This document shows positions 45,385 to 55,320 of a DNA stretch of 64,000 bases, in pieces; the stretch's first letter is position 1; each line of letters begins with the position of its first letter. This DNA comes from a bacterium (GTDB lineage: Bacteria > RBG-13-61-14 > DATKZS01), in NCBI GenBank assembly GCA_963674965.2, contig CAXXFL010000007.1:345034-409033 (forward strand), given 5' to 3'. The notes below the pieces were generated by a model that saw nothing but the letters and a program-made list of their open reading frames with translations, was not told where the DNA came from and ran no database searches. Made by a program: the position numbers and the translations under genes.

Positions 45385-45803
45385 TTTCTATCAAAATGGA
45401 AATATCAGTCCCAAGTTTGTAAATGGCACGGTCGCTCATCTGGATTCATCCCGACTCGCGCTTTGGCGCCTCGCGTCGCCTTCTCGAGACTTGAGCGTCG
45501 CTTCCCAGCCTGGCGGATGAATAATATCACGTTCCTCGCGCGGCGTTCAAGCCGCTTAAAAGAATCCCTCGCGGGTTATCGGATATGGCTGGATTTACCA
45601 TTTGGCCGCGGGTGATAAATCGCGCTTTGTCAGTTCGACGTTTGAAATGCCTGTCGCGCTTGGATATGCGCGCCTCACTTCCCATCGCTTTCTTCAGGCT
45701 TCACGTCGCCGTGACGCCCTCGCGATTCTGATTGTCTTCCCCCTGGCCGGGGCGACGCTTGCTTCTTCCAGCAAGCCGGGTTTGCCCGCTTCGCCGGGCT
45801 GAC

Positions 45804-45831
45804 GAAAATGGGCGGACGTTTCCGTCCGCCC
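45804..45831 (-). terminator. Rho-independent terminator
   Basis: Minus strand: GGGCGGACG-gaaa-CGTCCGCCC (9-bp perfect stem) followed by ATTTTCGTC, 22 nt after the stop at 45853. Confidence 0.7.
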
Positions 45832-45852
45832 AAGTTTGGCAGTCGCCTATTT

Positions 45853-46950
45853 TCAGGGCGCGGTTTCAGTATAAAAGCATTGATAGAGTAAATCTATCCC
45901 CACGTCATCTCCTCCTATGAGATCTGACATGTCTCCATCGTCCATGTAAGCCCCCTGATCGATCGGGTTCCCGCTTAAATCCTGAGAAAGAGCGACGTCA
46001 GGCGGAATAAGGCCAAAATTGTCTTCATCGATGGTCAAATCGTCTCCGTTTTTATCGAAAATGACGAGTTGATATTGAGAGTTATAATCCAGTTCTATAT
46101 TAGTCAGGGAAAAGTCCGTTCCGAGCGAGAAAGTGTAAGTATAATTCCCGCTTGACTCGGAAACGGCGCTGTTGGTAAGAGGAATTGGCGTCGAGTTCGT
46201 CACGTCCCATAACAAGGCGTATAACACGCCCATCTTTTCGTTGAAAGTAACCTGTGGCGAAAAAGTCGTGCTCACTCGATAAGCCACGTCCGGATCGCAG
46301 GTAAAGTTCAAACCGGTAATTTCCGGTTCGGCGTCATCGCTATTGTCTCCCGCCCTGAAGTGAAACTGCTTTTCATCGCTCATATACCAGTTGTTTGCTC
46401 CGCCGTTTACTCTCCAGATCGAGTGGCCATATTCATCCGTGGGATGGACGAAGGCGGTGTAGATCGTCTGGTCATATCCGGTCGTGTTTTCAATGTCCTC
46501 CACGCTGATGCAAAGCTGAGGCGTTTTTGTATTGTAGTATACCCATGACATATAGGCCATTGAATAATCGACCGCGGGCTTAAACGTGACGTATTCGTTG
46601 TCCGCTATGGCGTCGAGAGCGTCGGCGGCTTCCGTGCCATCCGTTACGTTCAGCCAGTCCGATCCGTCCCATACCAGAAGATCACGATCGCCCGTGCCCC
46701 CGATATCCAGATTAAGGCAAAACAGGTCCTCAGGTTTCTGAGCGCCCTGGTTCATTATGCCGTTAATCATGTACTTGCTGGTGAAGTCCCCGTGAGATCC
46801 TGAAATATACTGGGGCCCAGGCCCTACTTCCAAGGGCGACTCGGCCGACGTGCTCACGAAAAACGCCGGCGTACAAGCGAACGCCGCGATTCCCACCAGA
46901 ATCGTTAGAGCTATAAAATTGACGTACTTAGTGACTTTTTGTTTCTTCAT
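45853..46950 (-). CDS. Secreted protein of unknown function, compositionally atypical (lower GC)
   Basis: The track ORF extends to 47160; ATG 46950 gives MKKQKVTKYVNFIALTILVGIAAFACTPA (signal or lipoprotein-like). Asp/Asn/Thr/Tyr-rich beta-type sequence. Confidence 0.65.
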   Translation of the reverse strand: MKKQKVTKYVNFIALTILVGIAAFACTPAFFVSTSAESPLEVGPGPQYISGSHGDFTSKYMINGIMNQGAQKPEDLFCLNLDIGGTGDRDLLVWDGSDWLNVTDGTEAADALDAIADNEYVTFKPAVDYSMAYMSWVYYNTKTPQLCISVEDIENTTGYDQTIYTAFVHPTDEYGHSIWRVNGGANNWYMSDEKQFHFRAGDNSDDAEPEITGLNFTCDPDVAYRVSTTFSPQVTFNEKMGVLYALLWDVTNSTPIPLTNSAVSESSGNYTYTFSLGTDFSLTNIELDYNSQYQLVIFDKNGDDLTIDEDNFGLIPPDVALSQDLSGNPIDQGAYMDDGDMSDLIGGDDVGIDLLYQCFYTETAP

Positions 46951-47884
46951 CGAAAAATCCCCTTTCTTCAAGAGTGTTATGAAATCGCTCCTAAGCCTTT
47001 GATAATTTATTGGCCAACATGGTTGACGCCACTCTTTGCGCGCGCACCTTCTCCACTCCAGACTGAAAGCCCGGAGAAATTTGATAAATGATTGCCGTGT
47101 CAGTACTACCTTAATCTCAAGCGCTTTATAGAATCCGCGGCGGATACCCCCAGAAAGCATTGTAGTGATTAATGAGCGCTATTAGTAAATTTTATTATAA
47201 TGAATGTTATTATATTATATTTTACTGATTCTTATGTTTTATATATCTCATTTCGATAATGTTGTCAAGGATATTTTTTATAGTTATTAATTAAATTTGT
47301 TATGATTATCATTATTAATCATATAGATCAATTTCAAACCACTTGGTCAAGCCCCTGACAGGAGGCCAAGCAAGACGCAAGACGGCCGGTAATACTATGA
47401 TATCATACATTTTATTATTTTATTGAGCGCGCTTTTCCTCGCGCGAGCGCATGGATTCGATATTATAAATAATATAATCATATCATTTCTTTACAATTTT
47501 CGATCCTTGCCTTTAGCTCTCCACAAATCCCTCTATCCATTTCAAGCATTTCAATATAACTACCATTAATAGATAGTGATTTCATTACTCCGAACAAACT
47601 CTTCGCGTTAAGATAAAAATACATTTGTTTTACTATTATCCTGACCGTCTTCTCATGCGCCATAGACTTAAAAAGCGAATGTCAACGATCATTTCCTTTA
47701 CTAATCGCGTTATTTATCCAAAATTTCTAAAATACAATATATCAAAACTAAAACATGGATACTCTCCGCCCTTACGGCCTTTTATCAACGCGTTTTAAAA
47801 GTCGACCCAATTAAAAAGGCCCAGCCGGACTTTTGCGCTTGTCAGGCGTTATTGTACGGGTTAATCTTTATCAGGAGACACATT

Positions 47885-49306
47885 ATGCTTGACAAGGACA
47901 TGTTTCCCATAATCCTGGACAGCGTGGCGGAGGGCGTATTCACGGTGGACCTTGATTTCATCGTGACTTACTTCAACCGGGCGGCCGAGCGCATAACCGG
48001 CTTCACGTCCGAGGAGGCCGTTGGTCAGAGCTGCCACAACGTTTTCCGGGGCTCGGTCTGCCAGGGCGGCTGCGTCCTGAGGCGGACCCTTTCCACGGGG
48101 GAGACCATCAAGGGCATGGAGATCACCATCCTTAACCGGGAGAACAAGGAGATACCCATCAGCGTCTCGACCGCCCTTCTTCGCGACCGCCTTGGCCGGG
48201 TGGTCGGGGGCGTCGAGACCTTCCGGGACCTGTCGGACCTGGCGGCCCTTCGCGCCGAGGTGGGCCGGTCCTATCGCCTGGGTGACATGGTCAGCAAGAA
48301 CCACCGGGTGCAGGAGATATTCGCCCTGGCCCCGGACGTGGCCGAGAGTTCGGCCTCGGTCATGCTGCTGGGCGAGACGGGCTCGGGCAAGGAGGTCCTG
48401 GCCAGGGCCCTCCACGGCGAGGGCCCCAGGGCGGACAAGGCATTCGTGCCCGTGAACTGCGCGGCCCTTCCCGACGCCCTGCTCGAGGCCGAGCTTTTCG
48501 GCCACGCCGCGGGGGCCTTCACGGACGCTCGCCGGGCCAGGAAGGGCAGGTTCGCCGCGGCCCACGGCGGGACCCTATTCCTGGACGAGGTGGGCGACCT
48601 CTCGCCCGCCATGCAGGTCAAGCTCCTCCGCGTCCTGGAGGACAAGGCGGTCGAGCCGCTGGGATCGAACGAGCCGGAGCCGGCCGACGCCCGGATAATT
48701 TCGGCCACCCATCGGGACCCTCGCGAGCTTATGCGGCTCGGCCTTTTCAGGGAGGACCTCTTTTATCGGCTGAACACGGTGGTAATCGAAATCCCTCCCC
48801 TCCGGAAGAGGAGGGAGGACGTGCCGCTGCTGGTCGAGCGCTTTATCGAGCTTTTCAACTCGAGGACCGGCAAGACCATCGCGACCGCTTCCCCCGAGGC
48901 CATGGAGATACTTCTTCGCTACGCCTGGCCCGGCAACGTAAGGGAACTCAAGCACGCCATCGAGCACGCCTTCGTGCTCGCGAAGGGACAGACCATCGAG
49001 GCGTCCAATTTGCCCCGCGAGGTCGTGGCCGGAGACGCGACCCCCGACTTTTGCCGGCCGGCCGCGGTGGATAAAGAAGAGCCAGTCCGGGAATTCGCGC
49101 GGCCGACAACTTCCGTTCAAAAGAATAACGCGCCCCCTGGCCTGTCGGCCCTCGAGCTTGCCGAGCGTCCGGTCGTTTTAGCGGCCCTTGAAAGGAACCA
49201 CTGGAAGCGGGACGCGGCGGCAAAAGAGCTTGGTCTTTCCCGGGCCACTCTCTGGCGGAAGATGAAGAGGCTCGGGATCGACGACCCGAGGAGAAAAGAG
49301 AAATAG
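47885..49306 (+). CDS. Sigma-54-dependent transcriptional activator (PAS, AAA+, Fis HTH)
   Basis: ATG 47885 follows CAGGAGAC. PAS ([27 protein letters not shown]) with [60 protein letters not shown]. Confidence 0.9.
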   Translation: MLDKDMFPIILDSVAEGVFTVDLDFIVTYFNRAAERITGFTSEEAVGQSCHNVFRGSVCQGGCVLRRTLSTGETIKGMEITILNRENKEIPISVSTALLRDRLGRVVGGVETFRDLSDLAALRAEVGRSYRLGDMVSKNHRVQEIFALAPDVAESSASVMLLGETGSGKEVLARALHGEGPRADKAFVPVNCAALPDALLEAELFGHAAGAFTDARRARKGRFAAAHGGTLFLDEVGDLSPAMQVKLLRVLEDKAVEPLGSNEPEPADARIISATHRDPRELMRLGLFREDLFYRLNTVVIEIPPLRKRREDVPLLVERFIELFNSRTGKTIATASPEAMEILLRYAWPGNVRELKHAIEHAFVLAKGQTIEASNLPREVVAGDATPDFCRPAAVDKEEPVREFARPTTSVQKNNAPPGLSALELAERPVVLAALERNHWKRDAAAKELGLSRATLWRKMKRLGIDDPRRKEK

Positions 49307-49350
49307 AAAGACGCCCGGGGCCGCCGGGCGCCATGATAAGTCTTAATCCG

Positions 49351-50694
49351 TTATTTTTGCGCCCGGGCTTTTTTCCTTAGTTTTCGCATGATCATGAATT
49401 CCTTGACCACTCTTGGAAAGTTGACGTGGTTTTCGGTGGGCGCGATCTTGTGGCCCGAGATGATCTTGCCCGCCCGCCACAGGTTGTGCCCGGCGTAGCC
49501 CCGCATGACGTCGGTCAGCGCCATGTCCACCTCCACGGGTCCGAGAAGCCGCTGGAGCACCAGTCCCACGTCCAGGGGCCGGGGCATGCAGCCGGGAACG
49601 AACGTTCCCCTGTTCTTGTAGGGCTCGGCGCAGTCGCCCAGCACGATGGTGATCTCGGGGTCCAGGTCGTCGGGCACGTGCCCGATGGGTTTTCCCACGA
49701 TGAGGTTCATGGGCTGAAGGTTATCGGCCCCGTAGCGGTCAACGTAGGCGTCGACGGCCCCCTGCACCAGCCCGGCGCAGCCCCAGGGGCAGCAGAACTC
49801 GGCCCCCTCGAATACGCGCAGCCTGGGACTGAGGTCCTTTAAGGAAACCACGGGCCGCTTGAAGGGCCGGGCCCGGCCGAGCAACTCGGCCCCGTCGATA
49901 TCGATGCCCTCCATCTCGCCCGGGCCGTACCCGGCCTCGATGAGCAGCTTAAGGTGCTCGACCTCGTGGGGCTCGTAGCCGGTAAGGTGGCAGGCCACGC
50001 GGTCCACGGCCACGGCGTTGGTCCCGCCCAGAATCAGTCCCAGGTCGACGGGGTCGGCCATGAGCGGTCCCTGTCCCTCTCCCGCCACCACGCAGTCGGA
50101 GATTACCAGGTCCGGCGGCCTGACCTTGTAAAGGTCGGCCAGCTTCTTGTGCAGGTTGTGGTTGTGATGGAGGAGCCGGTCTCGCTGGCGGAGCATGCCC
50201 AGGTTGTTCTTGACGCTGAGGGTGACCTCGGCGAACATGTTGGTCTTTATCTTGGGCAGGCTGACGTAAAGGTCGGCGTCAAGCCACAGCCTCGGCACGG
50301 GGAACCTGGCCTGGATGAACGGGTCCTTGACCTCGACCTCGACGGTCTCGCGCTCGTCGAGGAAAACCGGCTCGGCCAGTCCCTTGAGCATGCCCATGAT
50401 GCCCACCGAGTAAAAGGACACCCGGCTGGGCCCGATCACGCTCGACTCGCACATGAGCACGCGCCTGGCCCCCAGCTCGCGCAGGGCCATGCACACGCCC
50501 ACGGCGAAGCGGGGCTGGGTGATGATGCCCCTCACGATCTCGCTCCGGGATGGATAGACGAAGCTGGGCTTGACCAGCACCGTCTTGCCGCCCGGGTCGA
50601 CGCCCGAGGCCTTGAAAATCTCCAAGGCGGTCGAGGCGATCTCCTTCTCGTCGTAGTCCTTTTGGTCCCTTAGAAAAACCCTGGGCTTATCCAT
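49351..50694 (-). CDS. DUF362 domain protein with a Cys-containing C-terminal extension
   Basis: The track ORF extends to 50922 and overlaps the gamma subunit. ATG 50694 (MDKPRVFL) follows GGAGG. VLVKPSF..., LPKIKTNMFAEVTLSVKNNLG, ISDCVVAGEGQGP are DUF362-like. CCPWGC lies in the extension. Confidence 0.7.
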   Translation of the reverse strand: MDKPRVFLRDQKDYDEKEIASTALEIFKASGVDPGGKTVLVKPSFVYPSRSEIVRGIITQPRFAVGVCMALRELGARRVLMCESSVIGPSRVSFYSVGIMGMLKGLAEPVFLDERETVEVEVKDPFIQARFPVPRLWLDADLYVSLPKIKTNMFAEVTLSVKNNLGMLRQRDRLLHHNHNLHKKLADLYKVRPPDLVISDCVVAGEGQGPLMADPVDLGLILGGTNAVAVDRVACHLTGYEPHEVEHLKLLIEAGYGPGEMEGIDIDGAELLGRARPFKRPVVSLKDLSPRLRVFEGAEFCCPWGCAGLVQGAVDAYVDRYGADNLQPMNLIVGKPIGHVPDDLDPEITIVLGDCAEPYKNRGTFVPGCMPRPLDVGLVLQRLLGPVEVDMALTDVMRGYAGHNLWRAGKIISGHKIAPTENHVNFPRVVKEFMIMRKLRKKARAQK

Positions 50695-50785
50695 CCTGAC
50701 CTCCACGCGCCCCTCCCGGGGGTCATGAAGCCTTAGTGGGGGCGCCTCGAACGAGCGGCGCCGGTTATGTATTTTCGCTTGGAGG

Positions 50786-51340
50786 TCAGACCATGCCGTT
50801 ATTGACGGCGTAGGCCTTGCCCTTCTCGAAGGCCTCCTTGGCCACGGCGAAGCGGTCCTCCCCCGAGTCCTTCTCCATGGCCTTGAACACCAGCTCCTCC
50901 GTGAGCACGCCGGAAATTTCACGGTAGGCCCCCAGCATGATCATGTTGGCCATCTGGGGTTTTCCCATCTCCTGGGCCAGGTCCGTTACCGGTATCCGTA
51001 AGGTCTTGTACTCGTCGGTCTCGGTCAGCTTGGTCACTATCGAGGAGTTGACCAGCAGCCGTCCCCCCGGGTTGACCTCCTTTTTCAGGCGGTTGTAGGC
51101 CCCCGACTCCATGGCGATGGCGTTGTCCGAGCTCGAGAGGATGGGAGCCGGTATCTCCTCGTCGGAGAAGATGACCGTGGCCAGGGCCGGTCCTCCCCTC
51201 TGGGTGGCCATGTAAATGGGGAAACGGGTGACGTACTTGTATTTCTCCGAGGCCGCCGCGGCGATGGCGTAGGCGATGGTAATGACGCCCTGCCCTCCGG
51301 TGCCCCCGACAATCAACTCGTGTCTTTTTTCTTCGCTCAT
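50786..51340 (-). CDS. 2-oxoacid:ferredoxin oxidoreductase, gamma subunit
   Basis: ELIVGGTGGQGVITIAYAIAAAA... is typical of POR/KOR/VOR gamma. Confidence 0.85.
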   Translation of the reverse strand: MSEEKRHELIVGGTGGQGVITIAYAIAAAASEKYKYVTRFPIYMATQRGGPALATVIFSDEEIPAPILSSSDNAIAMESGAYNRLKKEVNPGGRLLVNSSIVTKLTETDEYKTLRIPVTDLAQEMGKPQMANMIMLGAYREISGVLTEELVFKAMEKDSGEDRFAVAKEAFEKGKAYAVNNGMV

Positions 51341-51358
51341 GATCGCGTCTCCAGTCCG

Positions 51359-52120
51359 TCACGCTGGACGGTCGGTATTTTTGAACTCGCCGAGGGGGAA
51401 CTCCCCGATCAGCTTGTCGACCAGGGCCAGGCTGTCCTTGGGCTTGACGTGGTGCCCGGGCGGACAGGCCGAGAGTATCTCGACGAAGGAGTAGCCGGCG
51501 TTTTCCTTGTTCTTCAGGATGGCCGTTACCAGGGCCTTCCTGGTCTGGTTGTAACGCTTGTGAGTGTTGACCGCGCCGCGGAAGGAATAGACCACTCCCT
51601 TGACGTTGGTCATGAGCTCGGCCATGTGGATGGGAAAGCCGGCCACGTCCGTGTCCTTGCCCAGGGGCGTGGTCGGCGTGACCTGCCCGGGCAGCGACGT
51701 GGGGGCCGCCTGTCCGCCGGTGGTACCGAAGTTGGCGTTGTTGAGGAAGATGGTCATCAGCTTCTCGAAGCGGTTGGCCGCCCCCATGATCTCGCCCATG
51801 CCGATGGCCGACAGGTCCCCGTCTCCCTGCATGGTTATGACCAGCTTGTCCTTGCCGAGTGAACGCTTGACGCCGGTGGCCACCGCGGGGGCCCGGCCGT
51901 GAAGCGCCACCACTCCCTCCAGCCCCTTGATGTAGTGCATGCTCACCATCGAGCAGCCGATGCCGGTGACCAGCACCGAGTCCTGCACCACTCCCGTTTC
52001 CTCGAGGGCCTCGGCGAAGCAGCGCAGGATGGTCCCGTAATGGCAGCCGGGGCAGAAATGCGGCTGCATCATGGCGTTGAACAGCGCCGGGTTGCCGTGT
52101 CTGACTTTTTTATCGGTCAT
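51359..52120 (-). CDS. 2-oxoacid:ferredoxin oxidoreductase, beta (TPP-binding) subunit
   Basis: The real start MTDKKVRHG at 52120 forms an ATGA overlap with the alpha stop. FCPGCHYG, GIGCS, GDGD...GMGE TPP motif. Confidence 0.85.
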   Translation of the reverse strand: MTDKKVRHGNPALFNAMMQPHFCPGCHYGTILRCFAEALEETGVVQDSVLVTGIGCSMVSMHYIKGLEGVVALHGRAPAVATGVKRSLGKDKLVITMQGDGDLSAIGMGEIMGAANRFEKLMTIFLNNANFGTTGGQAAPTSLPGQVTPTTPLGKDTDVAGFPIHMAELMTNVKGVVYSFRGAVNTHKRYNQTRKALVTAILKNKENAGYSFVEILSACPPGHHVKPKDSLALVDKLIGEFPLGEFKNTDRPA

Positions 52121-53196
52121 ATCTCGATCCTCCTCAATTCCTCGATGATCGGCTTCGGATAGAGGAGCCCCATGCCGCCGGGCTGGTCGCGCTTGTCGAT
52201 GCCCAAAAAGGAAATGGGCTTTTTGCCCTCGAGCGCCCACTCGACGTCCTGGAGCATCTGTCCCTGGTTGTCCTCGACCACCAGCACGTGTTTGACGTTG
52301 GACGCGGCCTTTTGCAGGGCCTCCTTGGGGAAGGGGTAGAGAGTGATGGGACGGAAAAGTCCCACCTTCAATCCCTCGGCCCTCGCCTTGGCGATGGCCT
52401 CGAGGGACGTGCGGGCCGTCGAGCCCCACGACGCGATCAGTATGTCCGCGTCCTGGGTCATCTTCTCCTCGTAGCGTATTTCGTTTTGCTCGATCTGGTC
52501 GGTCTTCCTCTTGATGATGGGGAAATAGGAGGCGTAATTAAAGGGCATGAAGGAGTCCAGCACCAGGCGGGCGCCCTTCTTCTCGCCCGAGGTGGCGATG
52601 GCCCAGGTCTTTTTCGGCAGTTCCTCCTCGAAGTCGATGGTCTTGACGGTCATCATCTCGGCGCTTTGTCCGACGATGGCGTCGGGCAGGACCACGCAGA
52701 GTATCCTGTACTTGTCGGCCAGGTGGAAGGCCAGCTGCACCAGGTCGTGGCATTCCTGGGGGGACGACGGGGCGAGCACGATGCTTTTGCATCCGCCGTG
52801 TCCGGCGCTTTTGACGGCGAAGTTGTAGTCCGTCTGGGCGGTGGCGATGGACCCCGACCCCGGCCCTCCCCTTTGCACGTCGACCACCACGGCGGGAAGC
52901 TGCATGGCGTGCATGCAGGAGATGCCCTCCTGCATGAGGCTGTAGCCCGGGCTCGAGGTGGTGGTTATTCCTCTTTTGCCGGTGGCCACGAAGCCCAGCA
53001 GCATGTTAATGGAAGATATCTCGCTTTCCACCTGGACGAAGGTCCCGCCGTGCTCGGGCAGGTTCTTGGCGAACCAGGCCGGGATTTCGTTCTGCGGGGT
53101 AATGGGATACCCGCAAAAGAACTCGCACCCCGCGGCCACGGCGCCCCATCCGATGGCGTCGTTGCCGGTGCATAACATCCTTTTTTCTTCAATCAT
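52117..53196 (-). CDS. 2-oxoacid:ferredoxin oxidoreductase, alpha subunit
   Basis: The track starts at TTG 53211; ATG 53196 follows GGAGGA. GNDAIGWGAVAAGCEFFCGYPITPQNEI, TTTSSPGYSLMQEG. Confidence 0.85.
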   Translation of the reverse strand: MIEEKRMLCTGNDAIGWGAVAAGCEFFCGYPITPQNEIPAWFAKNLPEHGGTFVQVESEISSINMLLGFVATGKRGITTTSSPGYSLMQEGISCMHAMQLPAVVVDVQRGGPGSGSIATAQTDYNFAVKSAGHGGCKSIVLAPSSPQECHDLVQLAFHLADKYRILCVVLPDAIVGQSAEMMTVKTIDFEEELPKKTWAIATSGEKKGARLVLDSFMPFNYASYFPIIKRKTDQIEQNEIRYEEKMTQDADILIASWGSTARTSLEAIAKARAEGLKVGLFRPITLYPFPKEALQKAASNVKHVLVVEDNQGQMLQDVEWALEGKKPISFLGIDKRDQPGGMGLLYPKPIIEELRRIEI

Positions 53197-53217
53197 TTTT
53201 TCCTCCAGCAACCGGCG

Positions 53218-53448
53218 TCAAGACCCGGTCTCCTCCAGCGGCTCGTAGACGGTGACGGCGAAGTCCGGACAGAGCTTCACGCAGGCCCCGCACCCGGTGC
53301 AGTCCTCCGCCTTGACCATGGCCGGGTAGTAGTAGCCGGCCTGGTTGAAGTTTGAAGAAATCTCGAGACAATCCTTGGGGCAAGATATGACGCATATGCC
53401 GCATCCCTTGCATCTCTTGTCGTCGATGACGACCTCATATACAGCCAT
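53218..53448 (-). CDS. 2x[4Fe-4S] ferredoxin (OFOR delta subunit)
   Basis: CKGCGICVISCP and CTGCGACVKLCP. ATG 53448 follows AAAGGAGGA (the track starts at TTG 53463). Confidence 0.85.
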   Translation of the reverse strand: MAVYEVVIDDKRCKGCGICVISCPKDCLEISSNFNQAGYYYPAMVKAEDCTGCGACVKLCPDFAVTVYEPLEETGS

Positions 53449-53469
53449 GAGTCCTCCTTTCAATCGAAT

Positions 53470-55236
53470 TCAAAGCCTGACGTTGCCGTTGATTATGTCC
53501 GCGTAAAGGTCCTCCTCCAGGGGCACGTACTTCTTCGCGTGCCGGTCCCAGAAGTAAACCGGGTCCTTGATCTTGCCCGGGTCGAAGCCGTCCTTTCTCA
53601 GCCCGTACTTGATGTGCTTCATGGTCACCGTGGTGGGAAGCTCCTTGCAAAGGCGGATGAAAAGGGGACGGGCGTAATGGGGAAGACACTCGTCAACGTA
53701 CTCGGACACCGCGTCGCGGTCCCACTCGCAATCGAGCACCACCGCCGCCATGCCCGCCGCGCCCTCCTGGCCGGGAATCTGGACGCCGTAGACGTTAACG
53801 TCCGACACGCCCGGGCAGGAGTCCAGGATATACTCGACCTCCTTGGTGGCCACGTTCTCCGACTTCCAGCGGAAGGTGTCGCCCGACCGGTCCACGAAGC
53901 TTATCCAGTTGTCCTCATGCAGCTTGACCACGTCGCCGGTCACGAAGAACTCGTCCCACGAGTTGAAAACGCCCTTGACCAGTTTCTTCCTCGTCTCCTC
54001 GTCGTCGATGTATCCGTCAAAGCCAAGGAGGTTGAAGATGGAGTTGATGCGGCCGATGAGCATCCCTTCCTCGCCCTGCTCGACCTTGTCGCACCTTCCC
54101 TTTTCGTTCCTCATCAGGGCCTCGTTCTCCGGGTCCCATTTAACCACGTAGGCCTGGAGGGGCAGCAGCTTCCCCAGGAAACCGGGCCTGCCCTCGACGT
54201 TCATCACGCCCACGCTGGTCTCGGTGGCCCCGTAGAACTCGAATATCTTTTCGATCTCGAACCTCTTCTGGAAGGCCGTCCATATATTCGAGCGCAGGCC
54301 CACGGTGATGATCCTTTTGATCTTGTGCTTCTTCTCCTCGGGAGACTCGGGCTGGGCCATCAGGTACCTGGGCATCTCGCCGATAAATGTCGCGCCCGTG
54401 GCCCCGAAGCGGATGGCCTCCTTCCAGTAATCCGAGGCCGAGAACCAGCGCCGAAGGCCTATGGCCGCGCCCGTGGCCATGGACCCGCCCCATCCCACGA
54501 ACATGGCGATCGAGTGGTAAAGGGGAAGAGGAACGTAGATGACGTCGTCGTTCGAGAACTTGGACAGGGCGTAACCCAGGGCGTAGCCCGAGAAGAAAAC
54601 CCGGCGGTTGCTCACGCGCGCCGCCTTGGGAAGCCCCGTGGTGCCCGAGGTGTAGATGTTCATGATGTGGTCGTCGAACTTGGGCTTGACCTTGTTTTTC
54701 GGCTCCGAGGCGGCGGCGCAGGAAACGGCCTTGCCCAGGTCGCGCGCCGCGTAGTCGCCCTCCGCCTCGCCGTCCCAAATCCAGACGTCCGACTTGGCCA
54801 GGGGCACGTCGCTCATGACGGCGTCCACGTGCTCGATGAGCGAGCGGCCCGACACGATCCATTTGGGGCCGCAAATGGTAAAGGCGTGGACAAGGGTCTT
54901 CTGCCGCAGGTTGGTGTTGATAAGCGACGCGACCATGCCGATCTTGTTAAGGCCGATTATAAGGGCCAGGTACTCGGGGCAGTTCTCCATGTAGACCGCC
55001 GCCACGTCGCCCTTTTTTCCGCCCAGGGCCGTGAAGTGGTTGGCCACCTTGTTGGCCAGGACGTTGAGTTCCTTATAGGTGAGTTTCCGGTCCTCGAAGA
55101 ATATGGCCGTGTTGTCCGGCGTTTTGCTCGCCCACTTCTCGATGGTCGCGTACGTCGAGCACTCCCCTTTAATCAGGTGGTAAAAGGACACCAGAAGCCG
55201 CGCCCCTACCTTTACTTCCTCCCAACTAATAAACAT
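53470..55236 (-). CDS. AMP-forming acyl-CoA synthetase, FATP/very-long-chain type
   Basis: YTSGTTGLPKAARVSNRR, YGATE, GDV...DRSGDTFRWKSENV. The start MFISWEEV at 55236 was chosen over the Arg/Gly-rich extension. Confidence 0.85.
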   Translation of the reverse strand: MFISWEEVKVGARLLVSFYHLIKGECSTYATIEKWASKTPDNTAIFFEDRKLTYKELNVLANKVANHFTALGGKKGDVAAVYMENCPEYLALIIGLNKIGMVASLINTNLRQKTLVHAFTICGPKWIVSGRSLIEHVDAVMSDVPLAKSDVWIWDGEAEGDYAARDLGKAVSCAAASEPKNKVKPKFDDHIMNIYTSGTTGLPKAARVSNRRVFFSGYALGYALSKFSNDDVIYVPLPLYHSIAMFVGWGGSMATGAAIGLRRWFSASDYWKEAIRFGATGATFIGEMPRYLMAQPESPEEKKHKIKRIITVGLRSNIWTAFQKRFEIEKIFEFYGATETSVGVMNVEGRPGFLGKLLPLQAYVVKWDPENEALMRNEKGRCDKVEQGEEGMLIGRINSIFNLLGFDGYIDDEETRKKLVKGVFNSWDEFFVTGDVVKLHEDNWISFVDRSGDTFRWKSENVATKEVEYILDSCPGVSDVNVYGVQIPGQEGAAGMAAVVLDCEWDRDAVSEYVDECLPHYARPLFIRLCKELPTTVTMKHIKYGLRKDGFDPGKIKDPVYFWDRHAKKYVPLEEDLYADIINGNVRL

Positions 55237-55320
55237 GCCGACCGTCCTTTCATCGGCGCCCCGTTGGCGCCTTCTCCCGTTCTCCGCGCCGCTTTCGCGG
55301 CGGCCCATTCGGCCCCGATG

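Noticed and set aside
47478-47663. 61-aa minus-strand ORF inside the AT-rich spacer.
   Set aside because: It has no convincing RBS and no recognisable motif, and AT-rich DNA yields such ORFs by chance. It cannot be excluded as a small protein without Ribo-seq.
47160-47850. AT-rich spacer as a replication origin (oriC).
   Set aside because: There is only one near-match to a DnaA box (TTATCCAAA near 47712). There is no dnaA, dnaN or gidA context and no box clustering.
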